From a virus, in IMG/VR virus record IMGVR_UViG_3300025297_000001: a DNA stretch of 46,126 bases; one strand, given 5' to 3'. This document shows, one piece after another, positions 1 to 8,194 of the stretch (within the stretch, counting starts at the first letter, position 1; each line of letters begins with the position of its first letter). The notes below the pieces were generated by a model, which did not search any database, was not told the origin of the DNA, and worked only from the letters and a program-made list of their open reading frames with translations. Both the position numbers and the translations under genes were made by a program.

Positions 1-127
1 AGAGTACGCCAAGGCCCATAACGGCCGGCTGGACTCCGGCTTCGAGGATCAGATTGCCGAATACGCGGAGAAGAATCCGCTGTTTGCCAATGCTGCACCA
101 ATTCCGAAGGCAGCAACTCCACAGTAC
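1..127. repeat. 127-bp terminal duplication (identical to 46000-46126); circular-assembly overlap
   Basis: Read directly: the first 127 bases equal the last 127. The overlap lies inside an ORF, and 127 is a common maximal assembler k-mer. Confidence 0.95.
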
Positions 128-199
128 CAGGAGGGCGCCACGGCCACCAATCCAAAGACGGGACAGACACTCACGTTCCGCAACGGGAAGTGGCAATGA
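2..199 (+). CDS. 3' end of wrap-around virion internal/ejection protein gene (begins at 44924)
   Basis: Same frame as 44924..46126 via the 127-bp overlap. It continues from base 128 to TGA 197-199, with an ATGA overlap onto the next gene. Confidence 0.8.
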   Translation, partial: EYAKAHNGRLDSGFEDQIAEYAEKNPLFANAAPIPKAATPQYQEGATATNPKTGQTLTFRNGKWQ

Positions 200-1767
200 G
201 CGAGTTGCCTCCGGGCTTCGTTCTGGATCAGCCTAACGCGGGCCTTCCTGATGGGTTCGTTCTTGACCAGCCAACTCGTCTCGAAGATGCCGGGAAAAGC
301 ATCGCTTCGGGGCTCGGGAGTGCCGTCATAAGCGGTTTGGGCGGCGTCGGCGATATCCGCTCTGCGCTGTCTCGTGGTGTTGGTCTCGCTGGTGACAAGC
401 TGGGCGTCGATCCTTCCTTGCTTAAAAAGATCGGTGGCTACGCGTTCCCGGCACTGAATAGCGCGCCGACCTCGCAAGACATCCGCGCCACTGTGACTGA
501 CCCGATCGTCTCGCCCGACTACACGCCACAGTATGAAACGGGGCGCCTTCTCAAGAAGGGGGCCGAGTTCGCCCCCGGCTTGCTGGCGGGTGGCCCAGAA
601 AGTCTGGCCGGCAGGCTTCTGACGAACGTTGCGGCTCCTGCCATAGGCAGTGAAATTGGCGAGAAGGTTGCTGGGCCCTACGGAGGTGTAGCCGGCGCGC
701 TTGCGGGCGGGGTCGGCGCATCGTCTGTTGCGCAGAAGTTCAATCAGGCGCTGGCAGCACGAAACGCGGCCAAAGCGCTGCCTACCGGTGAAGGACTGGT
801 CGAAAGCGGGGGCAGGGGGTTCAATCAGGCCCGCGACATGAACGTGGTCGTCGAGCCGGAATGGGCGACAAGCGCTGCGGCGAAGATGCGCAATGACCTG
901 AAGGGCTTTGATCCCGAGGAGCAGGGCGCTGTCTTCAAGGCCGCCGACAGGTTGGAAAATCTCGGCAAGCCGCCGAGCTCTACGATGACGCCGGCTCAGC
1001 GTCTTCAGGCCGAAATGAACTGGGAGCCGATTCCGCCGAGGCCACCGGCTCCTCCGGTCGAAATCAACGATGTGGAGTTTATCCGCAAAGAACTCACGTC
1101 CCTGAAAACCAATACCGATCCTTCGCTGCGCGAGGCCGCGCGCAAGGCTATTGGGTCACTTCAGGAGAGCCAAACGGCGCTGACGCCTGCCCAGACCCTG
1201 AGCGGCGATGCGGCGGGCTATACCCAGACATTGAAGGATGCCATCGCCAACTACGCCGCCGGCAGGCGGTCGCAGACAATTCAGGGCAAGGTGAACCTGG
1301 CAGAATTGAACGCCAATTCCCCAGTTGGGGCGCTCGATGCGGGGACCAACGGCCAAGCGTTGCAGCGAACGATGAAGCAGTTGGCGAGGCCGGTTAACAA
1401 CACCAATGTTCCGGTCGCAAAAAAGCTCGGCTTCAACAACGAGGAAATCGCGGCGATCAAGCAGGCGGCGGATGGCACCAAAATGCAACATACCGCCGAA
1501 GTGCTGGACCGCCTCGTCCCCGCCAAGCTGGCGGCCATTCCGGCGGCGATTGCCCGCCAGATTGGTGGCCTGACGACCAAGCGACAGGTGGCGGCGCTGG
1601 ATTCTCTGGTGCGCTCCCGATCCCCGCTGGCCGCCGAGGTAGCTGCGCAGTTGCCGGAAGTCGCCGGATTGCTGAGCCCGAAAACTCAGGCTCTGTTGAC
1701 GGGATTACTGCCCGCGGCGCTTGCGCGTCCACAACAGGAAATTACTCAGCGCAACGGTCGCCAGTAG
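196..1767 (+). CDS. large internal virion / DNA-ejection protein (function inferred from position)
   Basis: 523-aa ORF. ATG 196 overlaps the upstream stop (ATGA). N-terminal PPGFVLDQP/LPDGFVLDQP duplication; Gly/Ala-rich; sits among ejection proteins and the tail lysozyme. Confidence 0.8.
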   Translation: MSELPPGFVLDQPNAGLPDGFVLDQPTRLEDAGKSIASGLGSAVISGLGGVGDIRSALSRGVGLAGDKLGVDPSLLKKIGGYAFPALNSAPTSQDIRATVTDPIVSPDYTPQYETGRLLKKGAEFAPGLLAGGPESLAGRLLTNVAAPAIGSEIGEKVAGPYGGVAGALAGGVGASSVAQKFNQALAARNAAKALPTGEGLVESGGRGFNQARDMNVVVEPEWATSAAAKMRNDLKGFDPEEQGAVFKAADRLENLGKPPSSTMTPAQRLQAEMNWEPIPPRPPAPPVEINDVEFIRKELTSLKTNTDPSLREAARKAIGSLQESQTALTPAQTLSGDAAGYTQTLKDAIANYAAGRRSQTIQGKVNLAELNANSPVGALDAGTNGQALQRTMKQLARPVNNTNVPVAKKLGFNNEEIAAIKQAADGTKMQHTAEVLDRLVPAKLAAIPAAIARQIGGLTTKRQVAALDSLVRSRSPLAAEVAAQLPEVAGLLSPKTQALLTGLLPAALARPQQEITQRNGRQ

Positions 1768-1881
1768 TGCTGCGACGAAGCCGGCTACCGACACCACATA
1801 GGGATTTGGCATCCACTCCCAGTAAATATTCGATGCAAATACCGCGAAAACGATCAAACTTTGGAAAAGCATCCACCACAT
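1705..1881 (-). CDS. possible small two-TM membrane protein (antisense, in the gap of the structural operon)
   Basis: Internal Met of ORF 1705..1941 gives 58 aa: MWWMLFQSLIVFAVFASNIYW...VAGFVAALLATVALSNFLLW-TRKRRGQ. It fills the otherwise non-coding 112-nt gap at 1768-1879. RBS is weak. Confidence 0.3.
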   Translation of the reverse strand: MWWMLFQSLIVFAVFASNIYWEWMPNPYVVSVAGFVAALLATVALSNFLLWTRKRRGQ

Positions 1882-2641
1882 GGGCTTGCTAGACTCCATT
1901 CTTGGCGGCGGGCAGGCCGAACAGCCAGCCCCGCAAGACAACGCTCAAATCGCCTTCAACTACTTTGTCAGCCAAGGGCTGTCTCCGGTTCAGGCCGCGG
2001 GTATCGTCGGCAATCTTCAGGGCGAGTCCGGCCAGGGGCTGAATACCAATACCAGAAACCCTGGTGACGGGCGAGACGGCAGCGACAGCATCGGCATTGC
2101 GCAGTGGAATAGTACACGGGCGCAGGCACTGAAGGATTACGCGGCCTCGAAGGGCGTCCCGTACACCGATCTTAACACGCAGCTTGAGTTCCTGCATTCG
2201 GAATTGAAGGGGCCGGAAAAGGCAGCTTATGACAAGCTGTTGGCCGCTCAAAATCCCGAGGAAGCCACAAGGGCAATGCTGGCCTTCGAGCGGCCCAAAG
2301 ACTGGAACGTGCCTGGGAGTCATCCACAGCGCACGCAATACGCTCAGAGGGCCTTGGTCGCGTATGGGGGCGGGCAACCACAACCCGCACCAGCGACTCC
2401 CGCAGCGGCTCCTAGCGGCCTTCTGGCCCCACCTTCTGCAGGGCTGTTGGCGCCTCCTGTCTTCCCGCAGCAGCCAGCACCACAACAGGCCGAGGCTCAA
2501 GGTGGCGGTGGCGGCGGAGACATCTTCTCTCAAATGCAGCCCCCACAGGCCCAGCCGATCTACTTCGCGCCTAAACGGGCTCAGGATCTCACCAAATTGC
2601 GAGCCGCCTTCAAGGCTCCTGTCTTCTCTCCCCGAGGATAA
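1880..2641 (+). CDS. virion-associated tail lysozyme (Phage_lysozyme2-like) with Pro/Gln-rich C-terminus
   Basis: Motifs AAGIVGNLQGES...IGIAQWNSTR...QLEFLHSELKG match the phage tail lysozyme family pattern. Confidence 0.85.
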   Translation: MGLLDSILGGGQAEQPAPQDNAQIAFNYFVSQGLSPVQAAGIVGNLQGESGQGLNTNTRNPGDGRDGSDSIGIAQWNSTRAQALKDYAASKGVPYTDLNTQLEFLHSELKGPEKAAYDKLLAAQNPEEATRAMLAFERPKDWNVPGSHPQRTQYAQRALVAYGGGQPQPAPATPAAAPSGLLAPPSAGLLAPPVFPQQPAPQQAEAQGGGGGGDIFSQMQPPQAQPIYFAPKRAQDLTKLRAAFKAPVFSPRG

Positions 2642-2646
2642 TCTGA

Positions 2647-3639
2647 ATGGGACTTTTGCATTACCTCTGGTCGCGCACCGCGGCCAGCAACGCTACGGCT
2701 GACTCCAATGTCAACTGGGCCGAAGGAATGGCACCCAGCGCTGTTAATGACTCTGCGCGGGCCATGATGGCATCAGCGGCGGGCTTTCGAGATGACATCT
2801 CTGGTGCCATTGCAACAGGCGGCACCTCCACAGCCTATACCGTAACGAGCTATCAGATCTTTGACACGCTTGCCCACATGGACAAGATGATCATCGCCTT
2901 CACTCCACATACGACGAACGGCGCGACGGTCACACTAAATGTGGATGGCCTCGGCGCTAAACCCCTGCGAGCTGCTCCGTCAGTTGAGTTGCAGGCCGGT
3001 ACGCTAATCCAGGGAACGCCATATACGGCGCTCTATAATAATTCCGACGCCGTTTGGTATCTCCACGGACTGTATGGCAATCCTTACAACGTTCCGCTAC
3101 TCGGGGGGTTGGATTATTGGGACACGGTAGCCCCGAACAGCTCATTCATCTTCCCGGCAGGTCAAGCGATCAGCCGTACTACATACTCTGCCGCCTTTGC
3201 ACGATGGGGAACGACTTACGGCAGCGGCGACGGCAGCACTACCTTCAATGTCCCCGATAAGACTGGTCGGGTCTCGGCCATGAAGGAGGGGACCGCTACG
3301 CGCCTTACCTCTGGTGTCGGCGGTGTAGACGGGGCGACAATGGGCTCTGCTTCGAACACACAAGCCCTTTCGCTTACCCTCGGTCAATTGCCGGCCGGCA
3401 TTACCTCGACGGGAACGGTTACAGGAGGCGATGTCGGGATCGTAAAGGGCACGACGACAACTCTGTTCAGCTCGACTTCCGGGTCGAACATATTCAGAGC
3501 GTGGAACAGCGTTGATAGCATTTCGGTTCTGAACAACCTTCAAGCAACTGGCACATTCACATCAAATAACACGGGTGGTAGTATGACTCCTGTCGTGCAG
3601 CCAACAATTGTCTGCAATTACATCATCCGCATTATCTGA
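2647..3639 (+). CDS. tail fiber protein with phage tail-collar domain
   Basis: FPAGQAISRTTYSAAFARWGTTYGSGDGSTTFNVPDKTGR is the classic tail-collar signature. Confidence 0.85.
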   Translation: MGLLHYLWSRTAASNATADSNVNWAEGMAPSAVNDSARAMMASAAGFRDDISGAIATGGTSTAYTVTSYQIFDTLAHMDKMIIAFTPHTTNGATVTLNVDGLGAKPLRAAPSVELQAGTLIQGTPYTALYNNSDAVWYLHGLYGNPYNVPLLGGLDYWDTVAPNSSFIFPAGQAISRTTYSAAFARWGTTYGSGDGSTTFNVPDKTGRVSAMKEGTATRLTSGVGGVDGATMGSASNTQALSLTLGQLPAGITSTGTVTGGDVGIVKGTTTTLFSSTSGSNIFRAWNSVDSISVLNNLQATGTFTSNNTGGSMTPVVQPTIVCNYIIRII

Positions 3640-4246
3640 CAAATCGAAACCAGTCCGATCCGCGATCATCGAGACGATAGTCGAAATGGTGGCTGATGAA
3701 TATCTCTTCCGGGATTGTCGTTTCGCGGTATTTGACAGTTTTGTCCTTCATTCCGGTGATCTTGCCGGGGCCATTGTCAATCAGGCGGGACTTCTGAACC
3801 TTTCGATCAGTCTTGTCTGATAGACGCATGCGTTTCCAGTGCATCGCGCGGGCACCCAACGAGCATAGATCCTTCAAAGTCGCTTCCGGGTCGTCTGTAT
3901 ACTGCAGGGCGCCGTTTGAGTGCATCGCGTCTATGTCACCGAGCCAGTCGGCGGCGTCCCTGATGCTGGAGAAGAACTTAAGTTTGTCAGTGGTAAGCTC
4001 CTTGGCTCGCCGTACCATGGCGGGCGTCTCTACCACTGCCCAGCGGACGGTTGGTGACTGCGCCATCTTGTAATGCAAGCCGCATGCGCCGCCGAAATCT
4101 AGGACGGTGCCAGCATCCGCAAGTTCGCTCCACTTCTGGACTGGTTGAAACGCTACGGTCTTTTGGAAGACCACCTCCACAAGTTCAGGGTGTTCGTATC
4201 CCTTGATGGTCGCGGACGGAAGAATCCGAAGTAGCCGGTCAAGCAT
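3632..4246 (-). CDS. SAM-dependent methyltransferase, TIGR04325 (LIC12133)-like; moron
   Basis: VLDFGGACG...RWAVVETPAMV...LKFFSSI...ALQYTDDP pattern. Strong GAGGAG RBS. It is opposite in strand to both flanking operons. Confidence 0.75.
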   Translation of the reverse strand: MLDRLLRILPSATIKGYEHPELVEVVFQKTVAFQPVQKWSELADAGTVLDFGGACGLHYKMAQSPTVRWAVVETPAMVRRAKELTTDKLKFFSSIRDAADWLGDIDAMHSNGALQYTDDPEATLKDLCSLGARAMHWKRMRLSDKTDRKVQKSRLIDNGPGKITGMKDKTVKYRETTIPEEIFISHHFDYRLDDRGSDWFRFVR

Positions 4247-4422
4247 CCTTGGCTCCTCACTGGTTGTTCCCGAATTGAGCGGTGACGCTGCTGTTAGCGA
4301 CTTGAGGTTTCTTCGTCTTCATGGCGCGAACCTACCACCACAACTTACTGGCGAGCAACGCCAGATCGCAGCTTTGCACTGCAATATCTGCGGTTGAGTA
4401 ACTGATTCAAATTATTGGAGAA

Positions 4423-4929
4423 ATGTCGATGGCTGATCAGCCAAAGGTCACTTCGGCTGCGAAAAAGGCTTTAGCTGGGAGCGCGGCGGTTATCGCTCTC
4501 GCCTGCGCGTTCATCCAGCCTTGGGAAGGTCTCTGGCTCACCGCCAAGGTGGACAAGATCGGCACGGGCCGTCCGGTCACAGCCTGCTACGGCGAGACCG
4601 AGGGCGTAAAGCTCGGGCAGCGTTTCACCAAGCAGCAGTGCGACGAGATGCTGGCGAAGAAGCTGCCACGATATGCAGCGGAAATCGCGCCTTGCATCCG
4701 AGTCCCGATCTCCGAGAAGACGCGCGCTGCCTTCATCTCGTTTGCTTACAACGTCGGAAGTGCCGGGGCCTGCCGATCGACGGCATTCAAGCTTCTCAAT
4801 GCGGGTAACACGCGAGCCGCCTGCGATGCCCTGATGAACTGGAACAGGGCTCAGGGGCGGGTCGTGAAGGGCCTGACCAACCGCCGCGCAGCCGAGCGCA
4901 GGCTCTGCATCGAAGGGATCAACGGATGA
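4423..4929 (+). CDS. SAR-type endolysin, GH24 lysozyme
   Basis: N-terminal signal-anchor AGSAAVIALACAFIQPWEG, followed by GH24 motifs (YGET, FISFAYNVG, GLTNRRAAE). GGAG RBS. Confidence 0.9.
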   Translation: MSMADQPKVTSAAKKALAGSAAVIALACAFIQPWEGLWLTAKVDKIGTGRPVTACYGETEGVKLGQRFTKQQCDEMLAKKLPRYAAEIAPCIRVPISEKTRAAFISFAYNVGSAGACRSTAFKLLNAGNTRAACDALMNWNRAQGRVVKGLTNRRAAERRLCIEGING

Positions 4930-5243
4930 TCCACATTCAACATTTCCACTACCCCGACAAGGACACCGCCGAGCGCTTTTGTCGGATCGAGGAACAGCTC
5001 GGCATCATCCTCGAAAAACTGGAGACGTTCTCAATGTCCTTCGAAGACCTCAAGGCCGCCCAAGACGCTACCGACGCAAAGATCGACGCCGTGAAAGCCG
5101 ACATCCAGGCGCTGATGGACAAGCTCGCTGCTGTCCCGGCCGCCGGCATGACCCCGGAGCAGGAAGCTGCGCTGGCTGATGCCGTCGCTCATGCGCAGGC
5201 GATCAACGACAAGCTCGGCGCAATCGACGCCATGAACCCCTAA
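4926..5243 (+). CDS. hypothetical protein (coiled-coil, Ala/Asp-rich) in lysis cassette
   Basis: 105-aa ORF with an ATGA overlap onto the endolysin stop. Confidence 0.6.
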   Translation: MIHIQHFHYPDKDTAERFCRIEEQLGIILEKLETFSMSFEDLKAAQDATDAKIDAVKADIQALMDKLAAVPAAGMTPEQEAALADAVAHAQAINDKLGAIDAMNP

Positions 5244-5252
5244 GGAGACAAA

Positions 5253-5423
5253 ATGACTGGTGATCAAGTCTGGGGCGTAGTCCGCACCATCCTCGCTGCT
5301 ATCGGCGGGTACTTCACGACCAAGGGCGTCGTTGACGGCGCTTTTGTTGACGCGATCCTCGGCGGCCTCGGCACGATCTTCGTGGCTGTCTGGTCCTTCG
5401 TGTCCAAGAAACCCGCTGCGTGA
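5253..5423 (+). CDS. putative holin (56 aa, two TM segments); below the ORF-track size cut-off
   Basis: AAGGAGA RBS then ATG 5253. MTGDQVWGVVRTILAAIGGYFTTKGVVDGAFVDAILGGLGTIFVAVWSFVSKKPAA. The stop overlaps the next start (GTGA). Confidence 0.6.
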   Translation: MTGDQVWGVVRTILAAIGGYFTTKGVVDGAFVDAILGGLGTIFVAVWSFVSKKPAA

Positions 5424-5662
5424 CCGCTTCTACAATTCTCTCGATCATCTCCGCAGTCTTCACCGTCGCCCGCTGGCTGATCAGTTATGCCGATCAGCAG
5501 AAGTGGATGGCGGCGGGGGCTGCGGAGGCAGCTTTAAAAGGAATTCAGGAAGCCGATGCCGCGATCTCCACTGCCAACAAAGCTCGGGCTGATATGCGCG
5601 ATGCTATCACCCGTAATCCTGACAAGCTGCGCGACGACGACGGCTTCCAGCGTCCCGACTGA
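5420..5662 (+). CDS. putative i-spanin (N-terminal TM plus coiled-coil)
   Basis: TM segment ILSIISAVFTVARWLI followed by a charged helical region. The o-spanin ORF starts inside it in another frame. Confidence 0.6.
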   Translation: MTASTILSIISAVFTVARWLISYADQQKWMAAGAAEAALKGIQEADAAISTANKARADMRDAITRNPDKLRDDDGFQRPD

Positions 5663-5855
5663 CAGGGTTTTTTGTTCGGTTTCGCAGCCGATCTACTGGT
5701 CGAAGAACGATACCGACAAAACCATCGCGGCCATCAAGGAAAGCAACGCTGCGTGGAAAGCTATCTGCGCTGCCAAGGCTGCTAAGACTAGCGGTGTGAC
5801 CTTCAAGGATCGCTGGTTCGGGGGCGAAAAGCTCCAGGTAACGGCCTTCCGATGA
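5556..5855 (+). CDS. putative o-spanin lipoprotein (overlapped architecture)
   Basis: Signal peptide with lipobox: MPRSPLPTKLGLICAMLSPVILTS-C. It overlaps the last 107 nt of the i-spanin. Confidence 0.6.
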   Translation: MPRSPLPTKLGLICAMLSPVILTSCATTTASSVPTDRVFCSVSQPIYWSKNDTDKTIAAIKESNAAWKAICAAKAAKTSGVTFKDRWFGGEKLQVTAFR

Positions 5856-6094
5856 CCGACAAGACAGAAACTACCATTTTGCTGGACATTTATGAGCGTC
5901 TCGGCGCGATCGAGACCGAGCTGAAGAACATCAACAAGAACCATGACGATATGGCCGCAGAGGTCAAGGATCTGAAGGAGTTCAAGAGCCGGGTAGCCGC
6001 TTACATCTGGCTCGGCGGCTCGATCATCTCAGGCATCATGTTCTTCCTTTGGCAGGGCCTCAAATATGGCCTCGACAGGTGGTTGCCGCATTGA
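5852..6094 (+). CDS. hypothetical C-terminally membrane-anchored protein
   Basis: ATGA coupling to the o-spanin. TM segment YIWLGGSIISGIMFFLW near the C-terminus. Confidence 0.6.
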   Translation: MTDKTETTILLDIYERLGAIETELKNINKNHDDMAAEVKDLKEFKSRVAAYIWLGGSIISGIMFFLWQGLKYGLDRWLPH

Positions 6095-6282
6095 TCGACA
6101 TCCGCGCCGGCATCCTCGCCATTACGTTCTGCTTCATTATCGCGCTGGCTGCTGACGTTCCACCTAAACCTCTCCCGCCAAGTCCTCCCACCTGCATGCA
6201 GTCCTACTACAACATTTGGGGCGACCTGATCGCGCGACAATCCGTGCCGTGCACTGACCTCGATAGATATGAGAACGCCTAA
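6091..6282 (+). CDS. small secreted/membrane protein (start uncertain: TTG 6091 or GTG 6079)
   Basis: TTGA overlap with the upstream stop. Signal-like ILAITFCFIIALAADV. TAATG coupling to the next gene. Confidence 0.4.
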   Translation: MIDIRAGILAITFCFIIALAADVPPKPLPPSPPTCMQSYYNIWGDLIARQSVPCTDLDRYENA

Positions 6283-6719
6283 TGATCCTCGGCATTATCC
6301 TCTTCGTGCTAGGCTGCTTTATCGCTACCCAGAACACGCAGAGCAAGATTGCTTGGCCGTTGATTGTTGTGGGCCTGGTGCTTATTGCCCTGCCGGTCAG
6401 GGCTCACGATGAAGACCACAGCCACGACGCCTGGTACGGCTCCCTGATGCAGCCGGATAATCCGAGCGTATCGTGTTGCGGGTTGGCTGACGCTTACTGG
6501 TGCGACGACTATTACGCCCGCGATGGTAAGGCGTACTGCAAGGTCACGGACGATCGCGACGACGCGCCGCTGAAGCGTCCACACATCCCGGTCGGCACTG
6601 AGTTCGAAATCCCGCCCTACAAGCTGAAATGGGACCGTGCAAATCCAACAGGTCATGCCGTCATATTCGTTAATACGTCGGGCCATGTCTGGTGTTTCGT
6701 CCAATCAGGCGGGGTGTGA
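6282..6719 (+). CDS. hypothetical membrane/periplasmic Cys-rich protein
   Basis: 145-aa ORF with two N-terminal TM segments, then SCCGLADAYWCDDYY. Confidence 0.7.
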   Translation: MILGIILFVLGCFIATQNTQSKIAWPLIVVGLVLIALPVRAHDEDHSHDAWYGSLMQPDNPSVSCCGLADAYWCDDYYARDGKAYCKVTDDRDDAPLKRPHIPVGTEFEIPPYKLKWDRANPTGHAVIFVNTSGHVWCFVQSGGV

Positions 6720-7475
6720 ATGGGGCCGAAGCTCCTTTTTCTGGACATCGAAACTTCGCCCATCCTGATGACCTCGTGGACCCTGCGTCCACCCAACGCC
6801 TCCGCGGTCTATGTCGTTCGCGATACTTACATCCTGATGGTTTCCTACAAATGGGCGCATGAGAAAACCGTCCATACGGCGGCGCTTCCGGACTTTCCTC
6901 GCTACCGCCGTGACAGACATGATGACAAGGATCTTTGTCGTCTTCTTCATAGTCTCATGGATCAGGCGGACATCATCGCGGCCCACAACGGCGATGCCTT
7001 CGACATCAAGAAGATCAACTCCCGCCTCATCACCAACGGCTTCAAGCCGCCAAGCCCCTTCAAGACAATCGATACCCTGAAAGCAGCCCGTAGAGCCTTC
7101 AAGTTCGACAGCAACAAGCTGGACAACATCGGGCGCTACCTCAACGAGGGCCGGAAGATCCCGAACACGGGCGCTGCTCTGTGGCGAGGCTGCGTCGAGG
7201 ACGGCGATCCGAAGTCGTGGCGTATCATGCGGCGATACTGCAAGCAGGACACAGAATTGCTTGCAAGGGTCTATGAGCGGATCAAGCCGTGGATGCCCAA
7301 TCATCCAGATATGAACCTCTATAAGGCCGTCAGGGATAGGCCGCCGGGGATTCCGTGTCCTACCTGTGAGAGCACGAATACGCAGCGCAGGGGCGTTCAA
7401 GTCAAGTTGAAGAAACGTTGTCGCAGATTCCAATGCCAAGACTGCGGGTCGTGGTTCTCGGGGAAGCCAGAATGA
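6720..7475 (+). CDS. DEDD-type 3'-5' exonuclease (RNase H-like fold) with C-terminal zinc ribbon
   Basis: Exo motifs FLDIETSP, HNGDAFDIKK and YCKQDTELL, plus CPTC...CQDC. Confidence 0.8.
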   Translation: MGPKLLFLDIETSPILMTSWTLRPPNASAVYVVRDTYILMVSYKWAHEKTVHTAALPDFPRYRRDRHDDKDLCRLLHSLMDQADIIAAHNGDAFDIKKINSRLITNGFKPPSPFKTIDTLKAARRAFKFDSNKLDNIGRYLNEGRKIPNTGAALWRGCVEDGDPKSWRIMRRYCKQDTELLARVYERIKPWMPNHPDMNLYKAVRDRPPGIPCPTCESTNTQRRGVQVKLKKRCRRFQCQDCGSWFSGKPE

Positions 7476-7618
7476 AATTCAAGAAGAAGAGCTTCCGCCG
7501 TCGCCGCAAACGGCGCGCCTTCCGGCCCTACCTGATCGACATCGAAGACTTCGAGACGGTTGAAGATATCGAAATGGATGACTGGATGTTCGGAATATCT
7601 GCTGATCCTCAGGTGTGA
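7472..7618 (+). CDS. small basic/acidic protein (48 aa)
   Basis: ATGA overlap with the exonuclease stop. MKFKKKSFRRRRKRRAF followed by an acidic tail. Confidence 0.4.
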   Translation: MKFKKKSFRRRRKRRAFRPYLIDIEDFETVEDIEMDDWMFGISADPQV

Positions 7619-7678
7619 AAAAGTGCAGAAATGCCTATTTTAATAGGTGTTCACGTCATTCTGTGATAGACTGATTTT

Positions 7679-8194
7679 ATGCCCAGAAAACCAAAACCCC
7701 CACCGAATTTGGACCGTCTTCGAGAGTTGCTGGATTACAATCCGGACTCCGGCGTTTTTGTTTGGAAGGTAGACCGCGGAACGCGAGCAACTTGCGGCGG
7801 CGATATGTTTAGGGTCGCGGCCGGGTCGGTGGCTGGAGGGCTGACGACGAACGGTTACATCACCATAAGGATAGACCGATCGCCCTACCTCGCCCATAGG
7901 CTGGCGTGGTACTACGTTCATGGCGACTGGCCAGATGAAATCGATCACCGAGATCGCAATAGAATTAACAACGCAATCGCCAACCTCAATCCAGTCTCAC
8001 ACAAGCATAACTGCCACAATATAACCCGCGCGCCCGGCAGAAGCGGCTTTAGGGGCGTTGTTCGCAAATTCAACAAGTGGCGGGCATACATATCGAGTGA
8101 CGGGAAGAGCATGCACTTGGGATACTTTAATACTGCGGAAGAGGCGAGCGCGGCTTACCAAAGGGCCAAAGCGAAGCTTCATTATGTGCCATGA
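7679..8194 (+). CDS. HNH homing endonuclease with AP2 DNA-binding domain
   Basis: AHRLAWYYVHG...IDHRDRNRINNAIANL (HNH_3-like) plus GFRGVVRKFNKWRAYIS...HLGYFNTAEEASAAY (AP2). AT-rich upstream region. Confidence 0.85.
   Translation: MPRKPKPPPNLDRLRELLDYNPDSGVFVWKVDRGTRATCGGDMFRVAAGSVAGGLTTNGYITIRIDRSPYLAHRLAWYYVHGDWPDEIDHRDRNRINNAIANLNPVSHKHNCHNITRAPGRSGFRGVVRKFNKWRAYISSDGKSMHLGYFNTAEEASAAYQRAKAKLHYVP

Noticed and set aside
1-127. The terminal repeat as a genuine physical direct terminal repeat (T7-like DTR)
   Set aside because: It lies in the middle of an ORF that is only complete when the ends are joined. Its length of 127 matches a standard assembler k-mer.
1889-2533. Long antisense or alternative-frame ORFs inside clear genes (for example 1889..2533, 6705..7439, 28069..28623, 30355..30990, 34624..35139, 41124..41867, 43585..44103, 44596..44994)
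   Set aside because: These are typical GC-rich shadow ORFs with Arg/Gly/Pro/Ser-rich translations. Each lies entirely within a gene that has strong motif support on the other strand or frame.
7634-7647. Palindrome CCTATTTTAATAGG as a terminator of the upstream + operon
   Set aside because: The stem is AT-rich and only 6 bp, with no following T-run. It is more likely part of the AT-rich promoter/leader of the HNH cassette, and it is mentioned only in that finding.
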